From Chloropicon primus (Eukaryota): a stretch of 64,000 bases of DNA. The stretch is from contig CP060764.1 in assembly GCA_023205875.1 (NCBI GenBank), positions 186,001 to 250,000 on the forward strand. Direction: 5' to 3'. A program made the translations under genes and the position numbers. Within the stretch, counting starts at the first letter, position 1. Every line of letters begins with the position of its first letter. Shown piece by piece: positions 41,598 to 53,773 of the stretch. Below the pieces are notes generated by a model. The model was given only the letters and a program-made list of their open reading frames with translations. It had not been told where the DNA came from and searched no databases.

Positions 41598-43361
41598 ATG
41601 TCGAGCAGCGTGGTGGGCACGAGGACGGCTCCTGCTCCTGCTCCTTCTCTTCCGAGGGCGCTGATCGTCAAGGAGGAGCTGCGTCCTGCCGAGTGGCCAG
41701 GTTCCTCGGAAGAGGGAGTTCTTGGAAAGAAGGTTCTTGCCAAGGAGGAGGACGAGTACGCTTGGATGGGACAGATAGCCGAGGCGAAGACGTTCTACCC
41801 GACGGCGGAGGACTTCAGGGAACCTTTCTTGTATCTGAACAAAATATCTGTGGAAGCATCGAGGTACGGCATATGCAAGATTGTTCCGCCGGTGAAGGCG
41901 TCGGTGCCTGCTGGGAAAGTGCTGAGAAGGTTCAACTTCACCTCGAACGTGCAGCACTTGGGTGTTCACAAGCAGAAGAAGAGGACCAAGGGATCGAAGA
42001 AGTTCTTCCGGAGCGGGAAGAATTACACCCTTGACACCTTCCAGGAGATGGCGAACAAGGAGATGACCAAGCGCTTCGGTTGCAGTGGGTCGCTTCCCGC
42101 GAACATCGTCGAGCAGGAGTTTTGGAAGGAGATGCTCAAGCCTTCGCAAAGCAAGACGGTGGAGTACGGCTCCGACTTGGAAGGGAGCGGGTTCTCGAAG
42201 AACACGTCGTCTTGCCCGCTGTCCCGCTCGAAGTGGAACTTGAGGGACTTTGCGAGGTGCTCCCTGTCCTCGCTCTCCAATCTCAAGTCCAACATTCCTG
42301 GAGTGACTGAGCCCATGCTTTACTGCGGCATGCTGTTCAGTCAATTCGCCTGGCACGTGGAGGACAACTTCCTGAACAGCATCAACTACCACCACCTGGG
42401 CGCCCCAAAGTTCTGGTACGGTGTCCCCCAAGAGCACGCCAAACTGTTCGACGAGTGCGCCTCCAAGTACGTTTTCCTGAACTCTCCAGCGGATGGGGGA
42501 GAGGTCAAGGACAACCAGATCCACGAGGCGGCCGGGAACTTCATCAACAAGACAACGATGTTCTGCCCCAAGATCCTGGTGGAGAACAGCGTGAAGGTCT
42601 TCAAAATCGTTCAAAACCCGGGGGAATTCGTTATCACGTTTCCCCAGGCCTACCACGGAGGCTTCAGCATGGGCTTCAACTTGGGTGAAGCCGTCAACTT
42701 CGCAACCAGGGAGTGGTACCAGTTCGGAATCGCTGCCGAGATGAGGTACAGCGAGCTGAAGCGCACCCCAGTGGTCTCCGTAGAGGAGCTTTTGGCTTCT
42801 GACTTCGACAAGCTCAGGAAAGTCGACAACTACAACGAAGTGCCGACCGTGAAGATGATTGCAGCTTGGTACTCAAAGATCGAGAAGATTTGCAAGACGT
42901 TCAGCGAGATCGTGAAGCAGAATGCTGACCGCGCCCAGATCTTTTGGCTGAAAGAGAACTCCATTCCCGTGAGCTGTGCTAGCTGCCAGTGCACGTGCTA
43001 CTTTTCCTACTACACGGTTTCTGACGCGCCCACCCCGTTTTGCTCCAAGTGCATCTCGGAGAGGGAGCTTGCCGAGAGGGCTGCCAAGGAAACGAAGACG
43101 ACCACGTACCGAGTCTACGTCCACCCTGTCCTTAAGACGATCTGCGAGTACTTGCAAGGTCTTACGGAATCGCCTGCGATGAATAAGCACTTTACGGACA
43201 AGCAAAAAAAGTGGATCCAGATACGGGTGCACAACTTCAAGAGATTCACGATCGTGATTCAGCCCCGTCGAGGCAAGAGGAAGAGGGTAGAACTCGAATC
43301 TCTTGTCGACACCTGCAGGGAGGAGCTGCTTTGGAACATCACCCAAGGCACTGGTCCGTGA
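41598..43361 (+). CDS. JmjN/JmjC histone lysine demethylase (KDM4/KDM5-related, no ARID), with a degenerate C-terminal Cys-rich finger
   Basis: JmjN FYPTAEDF...YGICKIVPP; JmjC VEYGSD, FAWHVED, SINYHH.GAPKFWY, QNPGEFVITFP.AYHGGF..GFN..EAVNFA; CASCQC..YFS...CSKC. Confidence 0.9.
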   Translation: MSSSVVGTRTAPAPAPSLPRALIVKEELRPAEWPGSSEEGVLGKKVLAKEEDEYAWMGQIAEAKTFYPTAEDFREPFLYLNKISVEASRYGICKIVPPVKASVPAGKVLRRFNFTSNVQHLGVHKQKKRTKGSKKFFRSGKNYTLDTFQEMANKEMTKRFGCSGSLPANIVEQEFWKEMLKPSQSKTVEYGSDLEGSGFSKNTSSCPLSRSKWNLRDFARCSLSSLSNLKSNIPGVTEPMLYCGMLFSQFAWHVEDNFLNSINYHHLGAPKFWYGVPQEHAKLFDECASKYVFLNSPADGGEVKDNQIHEAAGNFINKTTMFCPKILVENSVKVFKIVQNPGEFVITFPQAYHGGFSMGFNLGEAVNFATREWYQFGIAAEMRYSELKRTPVVSVEELLASDFDKLRKVDNYNEVPTVKMIAAWYSKIEKICKTFSEIVKQNADRAQIFWLKENSIPVSCASCQCTCYFSYYTVSDAPTPFCSKCISERELAERAAKETKTTTYRVYVHPVLKTICEYLQGLTESPAMNKHFTDKQKKWIQIRVHNFKRFTIVIQPRRGKRKRVELESLVDTCREELLWNITQGTGP

Positions 43362-44034
43362 AAAGCGCGTGTCAAAGCCCGGATACGGGGACGACTGACA
43401 GAAAAGGGTGCGGCCGGTAGAGGACCGGCGTGGCACTCCTTCAGCAGAAAGGAAGACTGTGTATACTGTGTATACTTACATGTAACTCCAACTTTTCAAT
43501 GTGTGACAATAAATGACTACTTTTGCCATTCTTTAGCTCCAACTGAAAGATACATCCGTCCGTCGTCGTCGTCGCTCGGTCATCATCTGGCCCCGCGCAC
43601 TTCCCTCAAGCTCCCCCTTCGCCTTTTGTCTCAGAACAACAGGAGGCCCCTGAACAAGATCGCAGATCCACGGATTGCCAAAATTGTGCGTCATCTCCCT
43701 GGACTTGAGTCCACCACCATTCACGAGGCGCCGTCCTCCCCCCATCCTCCCCCACGTGCCCCTTTGCAGAAGGGCAGTTTCCACGAGTTCCTCCATCCGA
43801 AGGTTTGAATCCTCTTCCTCGGCAACTCTTGTCTCCGTCAGAAGGAGAGGGGAAAGAGGAAGGAAAGACCAAGACAGACCGCCTTGCAATGCACTCCGGA
43901 GGTGGACAAGGGTAAGGGTTGGTCCCAGTGGAGCCCCAAAACAAAAGGCCTTTGGACGCAAACCAACCCCCCTTCGTCTTGTCTGGAAACAAAGACCTAG
44001 TGGAGGGATACCTAGGGAAGAAGCATCTTGCAAG

Positions 44035-47000
44035 ATGGCATCCTGTGGCCGCCGAAGGGCGATTCTTTGTGCTTTTATTCTGGCATCTTGGACACTTGCC
44101 TGTGGTCAAATCACACCAGAACAGGCTTGCCCAAACGCACTCAAGGCGGGACAGCCAAACTGCCAGAATGGTGGAACACTGTACTTTGAGAACAAGGATC
44201 AGACGCACTCCACGAGCTGCGCTCACTGCAATTGTCCCGACCAGTGGAGAGGCACGGATTGCTCAAGTAAGTCGCGTGGCTTCCCACAACAAGCCAAGAC
44301 TCAAAACCTCTGACCCAGTTCCTCTGACTTGCATGCAAACTTTCTCGTCGTTTTGATATCAAAATGGTTTTCCAATAACAGTATGCAAGTCCATCGATAG
44401 TTGTCCCCCAATCAAGGTGAACAACGAGACTCTGCACGCCCTTGCTTGCACGAACGATGCAATCATTCCCAACAGCGAGGAGATGATCGTGGGTAAGAAG
44501 ATCTCTTGCACTTGCGGCGGGGACGCGTTCTCAGACTTTGCTTGCATGAACCAACCCGACTTGAATATGCTCGTGGATCTGACGGGAGACCTTTCCAAGG
44601 GGATGGCGGTGATGAACGTCAAGCAGTTCTCTGGCATGCCGAATCAAGCTGCGCCATGCACCAAGGATGCATGTTATCCGAAGAAGAGGTACGAGTATGC
44701 TTACCCACAGGCGTGGGAGGCAGACTTTCTGCGCTGCAAGTCAGTGACCGAGGACTGCCAGGTGCCACTGAACACGAAGCAAAAGTGCTTGGTGATCGAG
44801 TGCGAGACATCGGATGTGTCTTGCCCCCCGAAAAGCGTTCCAAAGTGCCCGGAATTCTCCACGACGTCGCCGTATTGTGCGCACTTCAAATGCGAGAACG
44901 CCACGCAGTGCCCGCCAGAAGGAACCAGCGACTACTGGCAGCACCACTGCTACGAGAAAGCAACGCCGCCCCAGAACTCTTCCGTGACGTTCAGGTGCAT
45001 GGAGACTCCTACAGAGTCCGACGAGAGGTTCCACTGCGCTTTTTCGTACGCAAACATGAACTTTCCAACCTTCATAGGATTGAAATGCTCAGTTGGAAAC
45101 TGCATCTATCAGAAGCCAGGGCCGCCACCGGCACCGCCACCGTACGTGCCACCTGACCACGTGCCCACGCACATCCCCCACCTCATCCTTATGCTGTGCT
45201 GCTCGCTGCTGTCCTTTGCTTTCGTCGGCATCATCATCCGCGACCAGAAGCAGAGGGACACCCTGCCAAAGAATTTGATTCCATACATGCTGCCAACGTC
45301 CAAGGAGAACGACTTGATGATGGAAGACCGCTTGCTTCTGCACGAGAAGACGCGGAACTACATTTCTTGGAAGAACCTTACGTGCACGAGCTCGAGCTTT
45401 CTGAAAGTAAACAACATGCCCCTCCTGTCCAACGCGAGTGGATGGGCAGGCCATCTCATGGATGGAAACGGCCTGACCGCCATCATGGGGCCTTCCGGTG
45501 CGGGGAAGACGACTCTCCTCGACGCGATTTCGGGGAGAGCCAAGTCTATCCGCGTCCAGGGAGAAGTGCGGCTGAACGGCTGGATCGCCTCGCCCAAGCA
45601 GCTCAGGGCGATCTCCGGGTTTGTGATGCAAGACGACATCCTCCCTGGCACCTCCACCGTTTGGGAGTACTTCATGTTCAACGCCATGCTGAGGATGCCG
45701 CAGCGCTTGAGGAAGGAGTACAAGCGCCAGCGCGTGTTCGAGATCATCCAGCAGCTTGGCCTCACCAAGGTGGCCATGAGCTTGATCGGAGACGAATTTG
45801 TCAGGGGCCTGTCCGGCGGGGAGAAGAGGCGGCTCTCGATTGGCGTCGAGATATTGGTTTGCCCCCCTGTTCTCTTCTTGGACGAGCCGCTCTCTGGACT
45901 GGACAGTAGCAACGCGGGCAAGGTGATGAGTACGTTGGGCGACATCGCGGCTTCTGGCATCGCCGTGGTCCTGACCCTTCATCAGCCGAGGCCTGACATG
46001 CTGCTGACCATCGACAGGCTGATGGTCCTGTCCGCAGGTGGCTGCACCGTGTACTCTGGTCCCACGAGCCAGCTCGAATCTTATCTGGGTGAGATTGGCC
46101 ACACGACTCCAGAGTCCATGACACCTGTGGACTTCCTCCTTGAGCTCCTCGTGAACTCGGACGACTTTGGAGTCAGCGGTGGATTGAAGGGATTCTGCGA
46201 CGAGGTTGATTTTGAGGTCGAAGAGAGCTTCAGGTCCAGCAGGGGGGAGGATCTGTGGGAAGCATTGAATGATCGGGTCCCGTTCCTCGTGCAAATGCAG
46301 ATGCTTTCGGGGAGGTCTCTACGCAGCATTTACAGGAACAAGTACACCCTGTTCGTCAACTTTTTCTTGACCTTCATCGTCGCAATAAGCGTGGGAACCA
46401 TCTTTTTCAATTCGCAGAACAACACGGGTGGGATTCAGAACAGGTTCGGGAGCATTTTCTTCATCTTGCTGTACTTGGGAATGACATCTCTGGGCCTGCT
46501 GCCCATTTGGAGGGAACAGTGGATCCTCTTCTTGAAGGAGAATGCGTCTGGCACTTACTCCTCCTTCGCTTACTTTTTGAATATGGTGGTGTACGAGGTC
46601 ATCCTGACGAGGCTGATCCCGCCCATGTTCTTCGCCGTCTTCTCGTACTGGATGATCAGCCTGAACGACACCAACGGCTTCAGCATCTTCCTGTTCACGT
46701 TGGTGCTGATTCTGACGAACATTGCTGCGAGCAGCATGAGCATTCTGGTTGGACAGTTGTCGACTTCAAACGCTGTCTCAAATGTCATCGGAACCATGGC
46801 CACGCTGATCTTTGTCGTGTTTGGGGGCTTCTTCTTGAACAAGAACACCATCCCCGTAGGCCTTCAGTGGCTGGCAAACATCTCGTTCTTCAATTATGCT
46901 TATGAGGTTCTCGTGGTGAATGAATTCCATTACACAAACCAGATGTTCAATTTTACTGCGCCGCTGACGAATCAGTCGGTCACCATTCCGACTTCCGGCG

Positions 47001-50000
47001 ACGGAATCTTGGAAGTCTTTGGATTCGACTGGAGAAGGTTGCCGTCCGACCTGGTGATCCTGGTCATCATCATCGGCGTCATCCTGTGCATGACGTACAT
47101 GGTCCTCTTCCTCAAAGTGAAAAGGGCGTGGAACAACCACATTTCGTCCCCATCTTACCACGAGGACGACTCGCGTGCCGACGACGTCAGGCTGGCCCCG
47201 AACCTGCCATACACTCTGCACGGCAAGAACGATCGCGACTCGCACCTCCTTGCGGATAATTCCCAGAACATCATGGTGGATTTGCGGGCAGAGTACCTCA
47301 TCTTATCGTGGACCAAACTGTGCTGCTCGACCTTTGACAAGCAAGGAGTGGGATCCATCGTTCAGCATGCCTCCGGCCTCGCAATGAAGTACGCGATGAC
47401 CGCCATCATGGGGCCTTCCGGTGCGGGGAAGTCGACTCTTCTCGACGCGATTTCGGGGAGAGCCAAGTCTGTCCGCGTCCAGGGAGAAGTGCGGCTGAAC
47501 GGCTGGATCGCCTCGCCCAAGCAGCTCAGGGCGATCTCCGGGTTTGTGATGCAAGACGACATCCTCCCTGGCACCTCCACCGTTTGGGAGTACTTCATGT
47601 TCAACGCCATGCTGAGGATGCCGCAGCGCTTGAGGAAGGAGTACAAGCGCCAGCGCGTGTTCGAGATCATCCAGCAGCTTGGCCTCACCAAGGTGGCCAT
47701 GAGCTTGATCGGAGACGAATTTGTCAGGGGCCTGTCCGGCGGGGAGAAGAGGCGGCTCTCGATTGGCGTCGAGATATTGGTTTGCCCCCCTGTTCTCTTC
47801 TTGGACGAGCCGCTCTCTGGACTGGACAGTAGCAACGCGGGCAAGGTGATGAGTACGTTGGGCGACATCGCGGCTTCTGGCATCGCCGTGGTCCTGACCC
47901 TTCATCAGCCGAGGCCTGACATGCTGCTGACCATCGACAGGCTGATGGTCCTGTCCGCAGGTGGCTGCACCGTGTACTCTGGTCCCACGAGCCAGCTCGA
48001 ATCTTATCTGGGTGAGATTGGCCACACGACTCCAGAGTCCATGACACCTGTGGACTTCCTCCTTGAGCTCCTCGTGAACTCGGACGACTTTGGAGTCAGC
48101 GGTGGATTGAAGGGATTCTGCGACGAGGTTGATTTTGAGGTCGAAGAGAGCTTCAGGTCCAGCAGGGGGGAGGATCTGTGGGAAGCATTGAATGATCGGG
48201 TCCCGTTCCTCGTGCAAATGCAGATGCTTTCGGGGAGGTCTCTACGCAGCATTTACAGGAACAAGTACACCCTGTTCGTCAACTTTTTCTTGACCTTCAT
48301 CGTCGCAATAAGCGTGGGAACCATCTTTTCAATTCGCAGAACAACACGGGTGGGATTCAGAACAGGTTCGGGAGCATTTTCTTCATCTTGCTGTACTTGG
48401 GAATGACATCTCTGGGCCTGCTGCCCATTTGGAGGGAACAGTGGATCCTCTTCTTGAAGGAGAATGCGTCTGGCACTTACTCCTCCTTCGCTTACTTTTT
48501 GAATATGGTGGTGTACGAGGTCATCCTGACGAGGCTGATCCCGCCCATGTTCTTCGCCGTCTTCTCGTACTGGATGATCAGCCTGAACGACACCAACGGC
48601 TTCAGCATCTTCCTGTTCACGTTGGTGCTGATTCTGACGAACATTGCTGCGAGCAGCATGAGCATTCTGGTTGGACAGTTGTCGACTTCAAACGCTGTCT
48701 CAAATGTCATCGGAACCATGGCCACGCTGATCTTTGTCGTGTTTGGGGGCTTCTTCTTGAACAAGAACACCATCCCCGTAGGCCTTCAGTGGCTGGCAAA
48801 CATCTCGTTCTTCAATTATGCTTATGAGGTTCTCGTGGTGAATGAATTCCATTACACAAACCAGATGTTCAATTTTACTGCGCCGCTGACGAATCAGTCG
48901 GTCACCATTCCGACTTCCGGCGACGGAATCTTGGAAGTCTTTGGATTCGACTGGAGAAGGTTGCCGTCCGACCTGGTGATCCTGGTCATCATCATCGGCG
49001 TCATCCTGTGCATGACGTACATGGTCCTCTTCCTCAAAGTGAAAAGGGCGTGGAACAACCACATTTCGTCCCCATCTTACCACGAGGACGACTCGCGTGC
49101 CGACGACGTCAGGCTGGCCCCGAACCTGCCATACACTCTGCACGGCAAGAACGATCGCGACTCGCACCTCCTTGCGGATAATTCCCAGAACATCATGGTG
49201 GATTTGCGGGCAGAGTACCTCATCTTATCGTGGACCAAACTGTGCTGCTCGACCTTTGACAAGCAAGGAGTGGGATCCATCGTTCAGCATGCCTCCGGCC
49301 TCGCAATGAAGTACGCGATGACCGCCATCATGGGGCCTTCCGGTGCGGGGAAGTCGACTCTTCTCGACGCGATTTCGGGGAGAGCCAAGTCTGTCCGCGT
49401 CCAGGGAGAAGTGCGGCTGAACGGCTGGATCGCCTCGCCCAAGCAGCTCAGGGCGATCTCCGGGTTTGTGATGCAAGACGACATCCTCCCTGGCACCTCC
49501 ACCGTTTGGGAGTACTTCATGTTCAACGCCATGCTGAGGATGCCGCAGCGCTTGAGGAAGGAGTACAAGCGCCAGCGCGTGTTCGAGATCATCCAGCAGC
49601 TTGGCCTCACCAAGGTGGCCATGAGCTTGATCGGAGACGAATTTGTCAGGGGCCTGTCCGGCGGGGAGAAGAGGCGGCTCTCGATTGGCGTCGAGATATT
49701 GGTTTGCCCCCCTGTTCTCTTCTTGGACGAGCCGCTCTCTGGACTGGACAGTAGCAACGCGGGCAAGGTGATGAGTACGTTGGGCGACATCGCGGCTTCT
49801 GGCATCGCCGTGGTCCTGACCCTTCATCAGCCGAGGCCTGACATGCTGCTGACCATCGACAGGCTGATGGTCCTGTCCGCAGGTGGCTGCACCGTGTACT
49901 CTGGTCCCACGAGCCAGCTCGAATCTTATCTGAGTGAGATTGGCCACACGACTCCAGAGTCCATGACACCTGTGGACTTCCTCCTTGAGCTCCTCGTGGA

Positions 50001-50997
50001 CTCTACAGAAGTGGTCGTAGCAAAGATTACCGAGTCGTACTCCAAGAGCGTCCTGATGGCCGATGAGATGAAGCAACTGGATCAACTGGTGTTGAATACA
50101 AATCAGACGGCGTCCAGCATCCCAGCCATAGCCCGAAGCTGCAGTGCCGTGTTCGAGTTCGGTCTTCTGCTGAAAAGGGCTGTCATTGCAAACGCCAGGT
50201 CCCCCCTTCTCATTACTTTGAACTTGGTGTCATCGCTCTTAATCGCATTTTCTGTTGGATTCATCTTCAAAGATGCAGGCACGGACACGAGTGGAATCCA
50301 AATGAGAATGGGAAGCCTCTTCTTCATACTCTTGTATTTGTCGATGATAAGCTTGGGCTCGATACCGGTGTGGCATCAGGAGCACAGAATCTTCTTGAAG
50401 GAGCACAGCAGCGGCTTGTACAGAATTTGGACCTATTTCTTGGCAGTGGTCGTGAACGAATTTGTGCTGCTTCGAAGCCTGCCCCCCGTCGCATTCTGCT
50501 GGTCCTACTACCTGATTAAACTTCGCGGAGAGGCGCACAGCTCGCACATGGTCACTTTTGTGACTTGCCTTGTCCTCTGCAATTGCACGCTGACAGGGAT
50601 AGTCTTCATCATCGGTGCAGCAACGCGAAAGACGAGCCTTGCCAATGTCCTGGGAAGTGTTGTGATGCTGCTCTCTACGCTCTTTGCGGGATATCTGCTG
50701 AACAAGAGCGACATGAGCAGGCTGATCAGCCTGCTGTCGCACCTCTCACCCCTGGAGTATGCGTTCCAGATACTCCTTGTGAACGAGTTCCATGGCTTGC
50801 CCAAGGGTTACTTCCACTTCACGGACCCGAGCGACAAGCACGCATCGGGCATAGCGGTGAGCGGGGACACGATCTTGGTCACCTTTGGGTTTTTCCCCGG
50901 TGGCAATGGGAACAATTATATTACACTTGCAGGAATACTGGCTGCGAGCTTGGTCGCCAGCTTTTTCCTGCTCAAGTCCGGGACTTTCAAGAACTAA
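44035..50997 (+). CDS. ABCG transporter with signal peptide and EGF-like/Cys-rich ectodomain (Adp1-like), multi-NBD; intron 44267-44381; 1-bp frameshift at about 48326
   Basis: Exon 1 MASCGRRRAILC...CQNGG...CNCPDQWRGTDC spliced (GTAAGT...ACAG) into the 44417 ORF. Three NBDs (GPSGAGK, LSGGEKRR, LDEPLSGLD, TLHQP), each followed by an ABC2 TMD. Confidence 0.85.
45474..49998 (+). repeat. Near-perfect tandem duplication, period 1923/1922 bp, about 2.35 copies
   Basis: TGACCGCCATCATGGGG begins at 45474, 47397 and 49319; identity ends at 49998; T5 at 46403-46407 becomes T4 at 48326-48329. Confidence 0.95.
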
Positions 50998-51036
50998 ACA
51001 AACACGCAAAAATGTACTTTTGTAATCTAGCTGTAA

Positions 51037-52368
51037 CTATTTCTGTGTGATCAGAGCGAAGGTCTGCGTTAAGGCCAAAATTGTCCCCTCGTATTTTTCC
51101 AGAAGCTTTAAGCGCAACTCGGGTATTGTGTGGGCCTCTTTGCTCGACAAAACTCTTCCATTCGAAAAAGTAATGTCGAGCTGGTTCTTCCCCACGGCTA
51201 CATTTTCGACTTCCACTCGCTCCCACGCCGAGGTGCTCCCCACGGGAGCCCTGTTCTCCTTTCTCCTCGCCTTTGACCAATGCCCCTTCGAGGATCTGCC
51301 CTGCTCCCCCCTATAGGGGTTGAAGTTCTCCCCGTCGGCCGTCTCGCTCGGGCCATTCTTGGCATCGTTCAAGGTTCGGAAAAAATCCTCCTCCTCCGGG
51401 TTCTCTGTCCTTTTCTTCCTCTTTCCCTTGAATCTCTGTGGCTCCGGAGGCTGGGACTGGTAGCTATCGTTCTCTTCCGCAGACACGTCCTCCTTCTTCT
51501 CCAGCTTTGACTTCAGCAACATGGCCCTTGCTTGGGAAGTACCGACGCTGCGGCCCTTTTGACTCGCCTCGTACCGAGCAATGCAGTTGGCTCCGTCCTT
51601 GTGCTCCTTCCTGAGGTGCGCGGCATCCACGCAGATGTTTTCCGAATCCGGATAGCCCACAAAGTGAACCGTGTACCGCACCTGTTGCCTCCCCTTCCTT
51701 CTCGACTTGACCGTTTTGTTTACGATTTCGATTTCGTACTCTTTCTGCACAACGGAGTCCCCCCGCCAGGGAACCAACTCTTCTTCCAACTCCTTCTTGT
51801 TCTGGTCCTCTTCGTAGTCGACGTCCAGAGACAGGTCGGTGAGGGACTCCTCCGATTGTTCCCTGGGCCTAGCATCAGGATCAGGATCCTCACAAACAAC
51901 ATTCAGCCTCTCCGCGTTCTTCACGACTTCCTCCTCCTCGTCCCAAAACCTTCTCATGAACCCCCAATCCATCGCCTCAAGCCCAAGCTTCTTTGCCCTC
52001 GCTACCAGACCAGCCTCCGTGGCAATCATCTCCCAGCCCTTCCAATCCTCTTCTGGGTAGTTGGTCTCCTCGGAGAGATCCCAACTCAACTGCTTGAGCA
52101 CTTTAGGGAAATACTCCTAACAGAAGGACGGAGCAAGACAACGCGCAGAGAGACAGACAGAGAGAGAGACCTCGCGTCAGCAGCGCTTCGAAGCCATCCG
52201 ATGGTCTCGCAACCACCACGTCGTCCATCAGATGGAAGAAGACCAAATCAATGAACACCCAGGAAGGAGAGGAGAGGTTTCACTCACATGTTTCATTCTC
52301 CTCCACAGAATGACTTTGTTCTCGACCATGTTCCCGAAGAGGAACTGCTTTTGCTTGGTCTCATCCAT
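51037..52368 (-). CDS. Chromodomain protein with a possible C-terminal chromo-shadow domain (HP1/LHP1-like); 2 exons (52368-52288, 52116-51037)
   Basis: EYEIEIV...VRYTVHFVGYPDSEN chromodomain; basic hinge FKGKRKKR; C-terminal VLSSKEAH...LLEKYEGTI. GTGAG...TTAG intron at 52287-52117 joins MDETKQKQFLFGN in frame. Confidence 0.7.
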
Positions 52369-52868
52369 CGTACTCTACCGAAGGTAACCCTTGCTTCTAT
52401 CCAAAGACCAAACCGATTCTATCGATCGCACGATGAACCTTTCACCACACGCTCGATCACTCTCCGCTTCGTTCTTCGACGACTCCGGGCGGCAAATTCT
52501 TCGAATGAGGTGCCGACAGAAAGATCGCGAGACGTATCTTCGACCTCACAACGTCTCCCAGCGCGTGACCTTCCCCGCGATCCCCGAGCACCCCTCCGTT
52601 TCACCGTCACCTCGCTCGCCCCGATCCAAAGCCCTTTCCCGCGCGTTTTTCCGTTTTCCTTTTCTCCCTCCATCTCCTCCTCGTCAGCCAATTCAGCGGA
52701 AGGTAACGTCCCAGCCAAAGGCTCAAGGCTCAAGGTTGAAGTGAAGCGCCGGCGCTCTTGGTGCATTGCTGAGACGCAAGGGACGAAGTAGAGCACGGAG
52801 CTTCCGCGAGAGCAAGCGTTTGTTGTGCGCGAGAGCTTGGAACCTTCCTTCGTTGAGCGGTTGCAAGT

Positions 52869-53649
52869 ATGGGTTGTTTCTTTTCGAAGGTTGTCAAAGG
52901 TACGAGGGCGAGAGAGGGAGGTCAGAGCACCACCACGGAAGGATAAGGATGTGGGTCTGACTGCCGCCATTGTCGCGTTCTTCTTCTTTTTCTTTTTCTT
53001 CGTCTTCGTCTTCGTTGCTTCTGCAGAGGGCGACGAGCCCAAGGAGCCCTCGGTGGAGGTTGCCTCGGACGCCCAAATCATCTTTGTCCTCGGCGGCCCT
53101 GGAAGCGGCAAGGGCACCCAGTGCGACCTCATTATCGAGAAGTATGGCTTCAGCCACTACAGTGCCGGAGACCTGCTGAGAGCGGAGGTCGCGAGCGGCT
53201 CAGAGATGGGGAAGGACCTCGAGGCGACCATGAAGGAGGGCAAACTCGTCGCGAGCTCGGTCACGATCGCCCTCCTCAAGAAGGCCATCGCCAACGCGTG
53301 CGAGGCTGGCAAGAGGAAGTTCCTGGTCGACGGCTTCCCCCGCGCCCTCGACCAGGCGGAGGAGTTCGAGGGCAAAGTCCTTCCCTGCAAACTCGTCTTG
53401 TTCTTCAGCTGCCCCATGAAGGTCCTCCAAAAGCGCTTGCTGAAGAGGGCGAAAACGAGCGGGAGGGCCGACGACAACAAGGAGACCATACAGAAGCGGT
53501 TCGACACGTTCCTGAACACGTCCATGCCCGTGATCGACCACTACGAAAAGCTGGGCAAGGTCGCAAAGGTCTCTGCGGAGCCCGCACCGGAGAAGGTCTT
53601 CAAGGAGGTCGAGAAGGTCATGAAAGCGAACGGCTTCGCCCCCGTGTGA
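52869..53649 (+). CDS. Adenylate/UMP-CMP kinase (short type) with N-terminal MGCFFSK; 2 exons (52869-52899, 53027-53649)
   Basis: VLGGPGSGKGTQC, SAGDLLRAE, FLVDGFPR, SGRADDN. Intron 52900-53026 has GTACG donor, CTGAC branch, pyrimidine tract and GCAG acceptor; phase 1 matches. Confidence 0.88.
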
Positions 53650-53773
53650 GGAGCCAGGGGAACCCGAGGAGGTCCATGCCAAGACATATACCAAGCAAAA
53701 TAAATACTTTTCCAATGATGAATTCTTTTTTCTTCGTTTAGCGGGGATGTGAAATAACTTAACCGAGATTGGG

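Noticed and set aside
47397..49318. Duplicated unit as a transposon or LTR element
   Set aside because: It consists only of ABC transporter coding sequence; no terminal repeats, target-site duplication or transposase/RT.
52825..53026. Apparent poly-Phe signal/TM segment on the kinase ORF
   Set aside because: It is the pyrimidine tract of intron 52900-53026.
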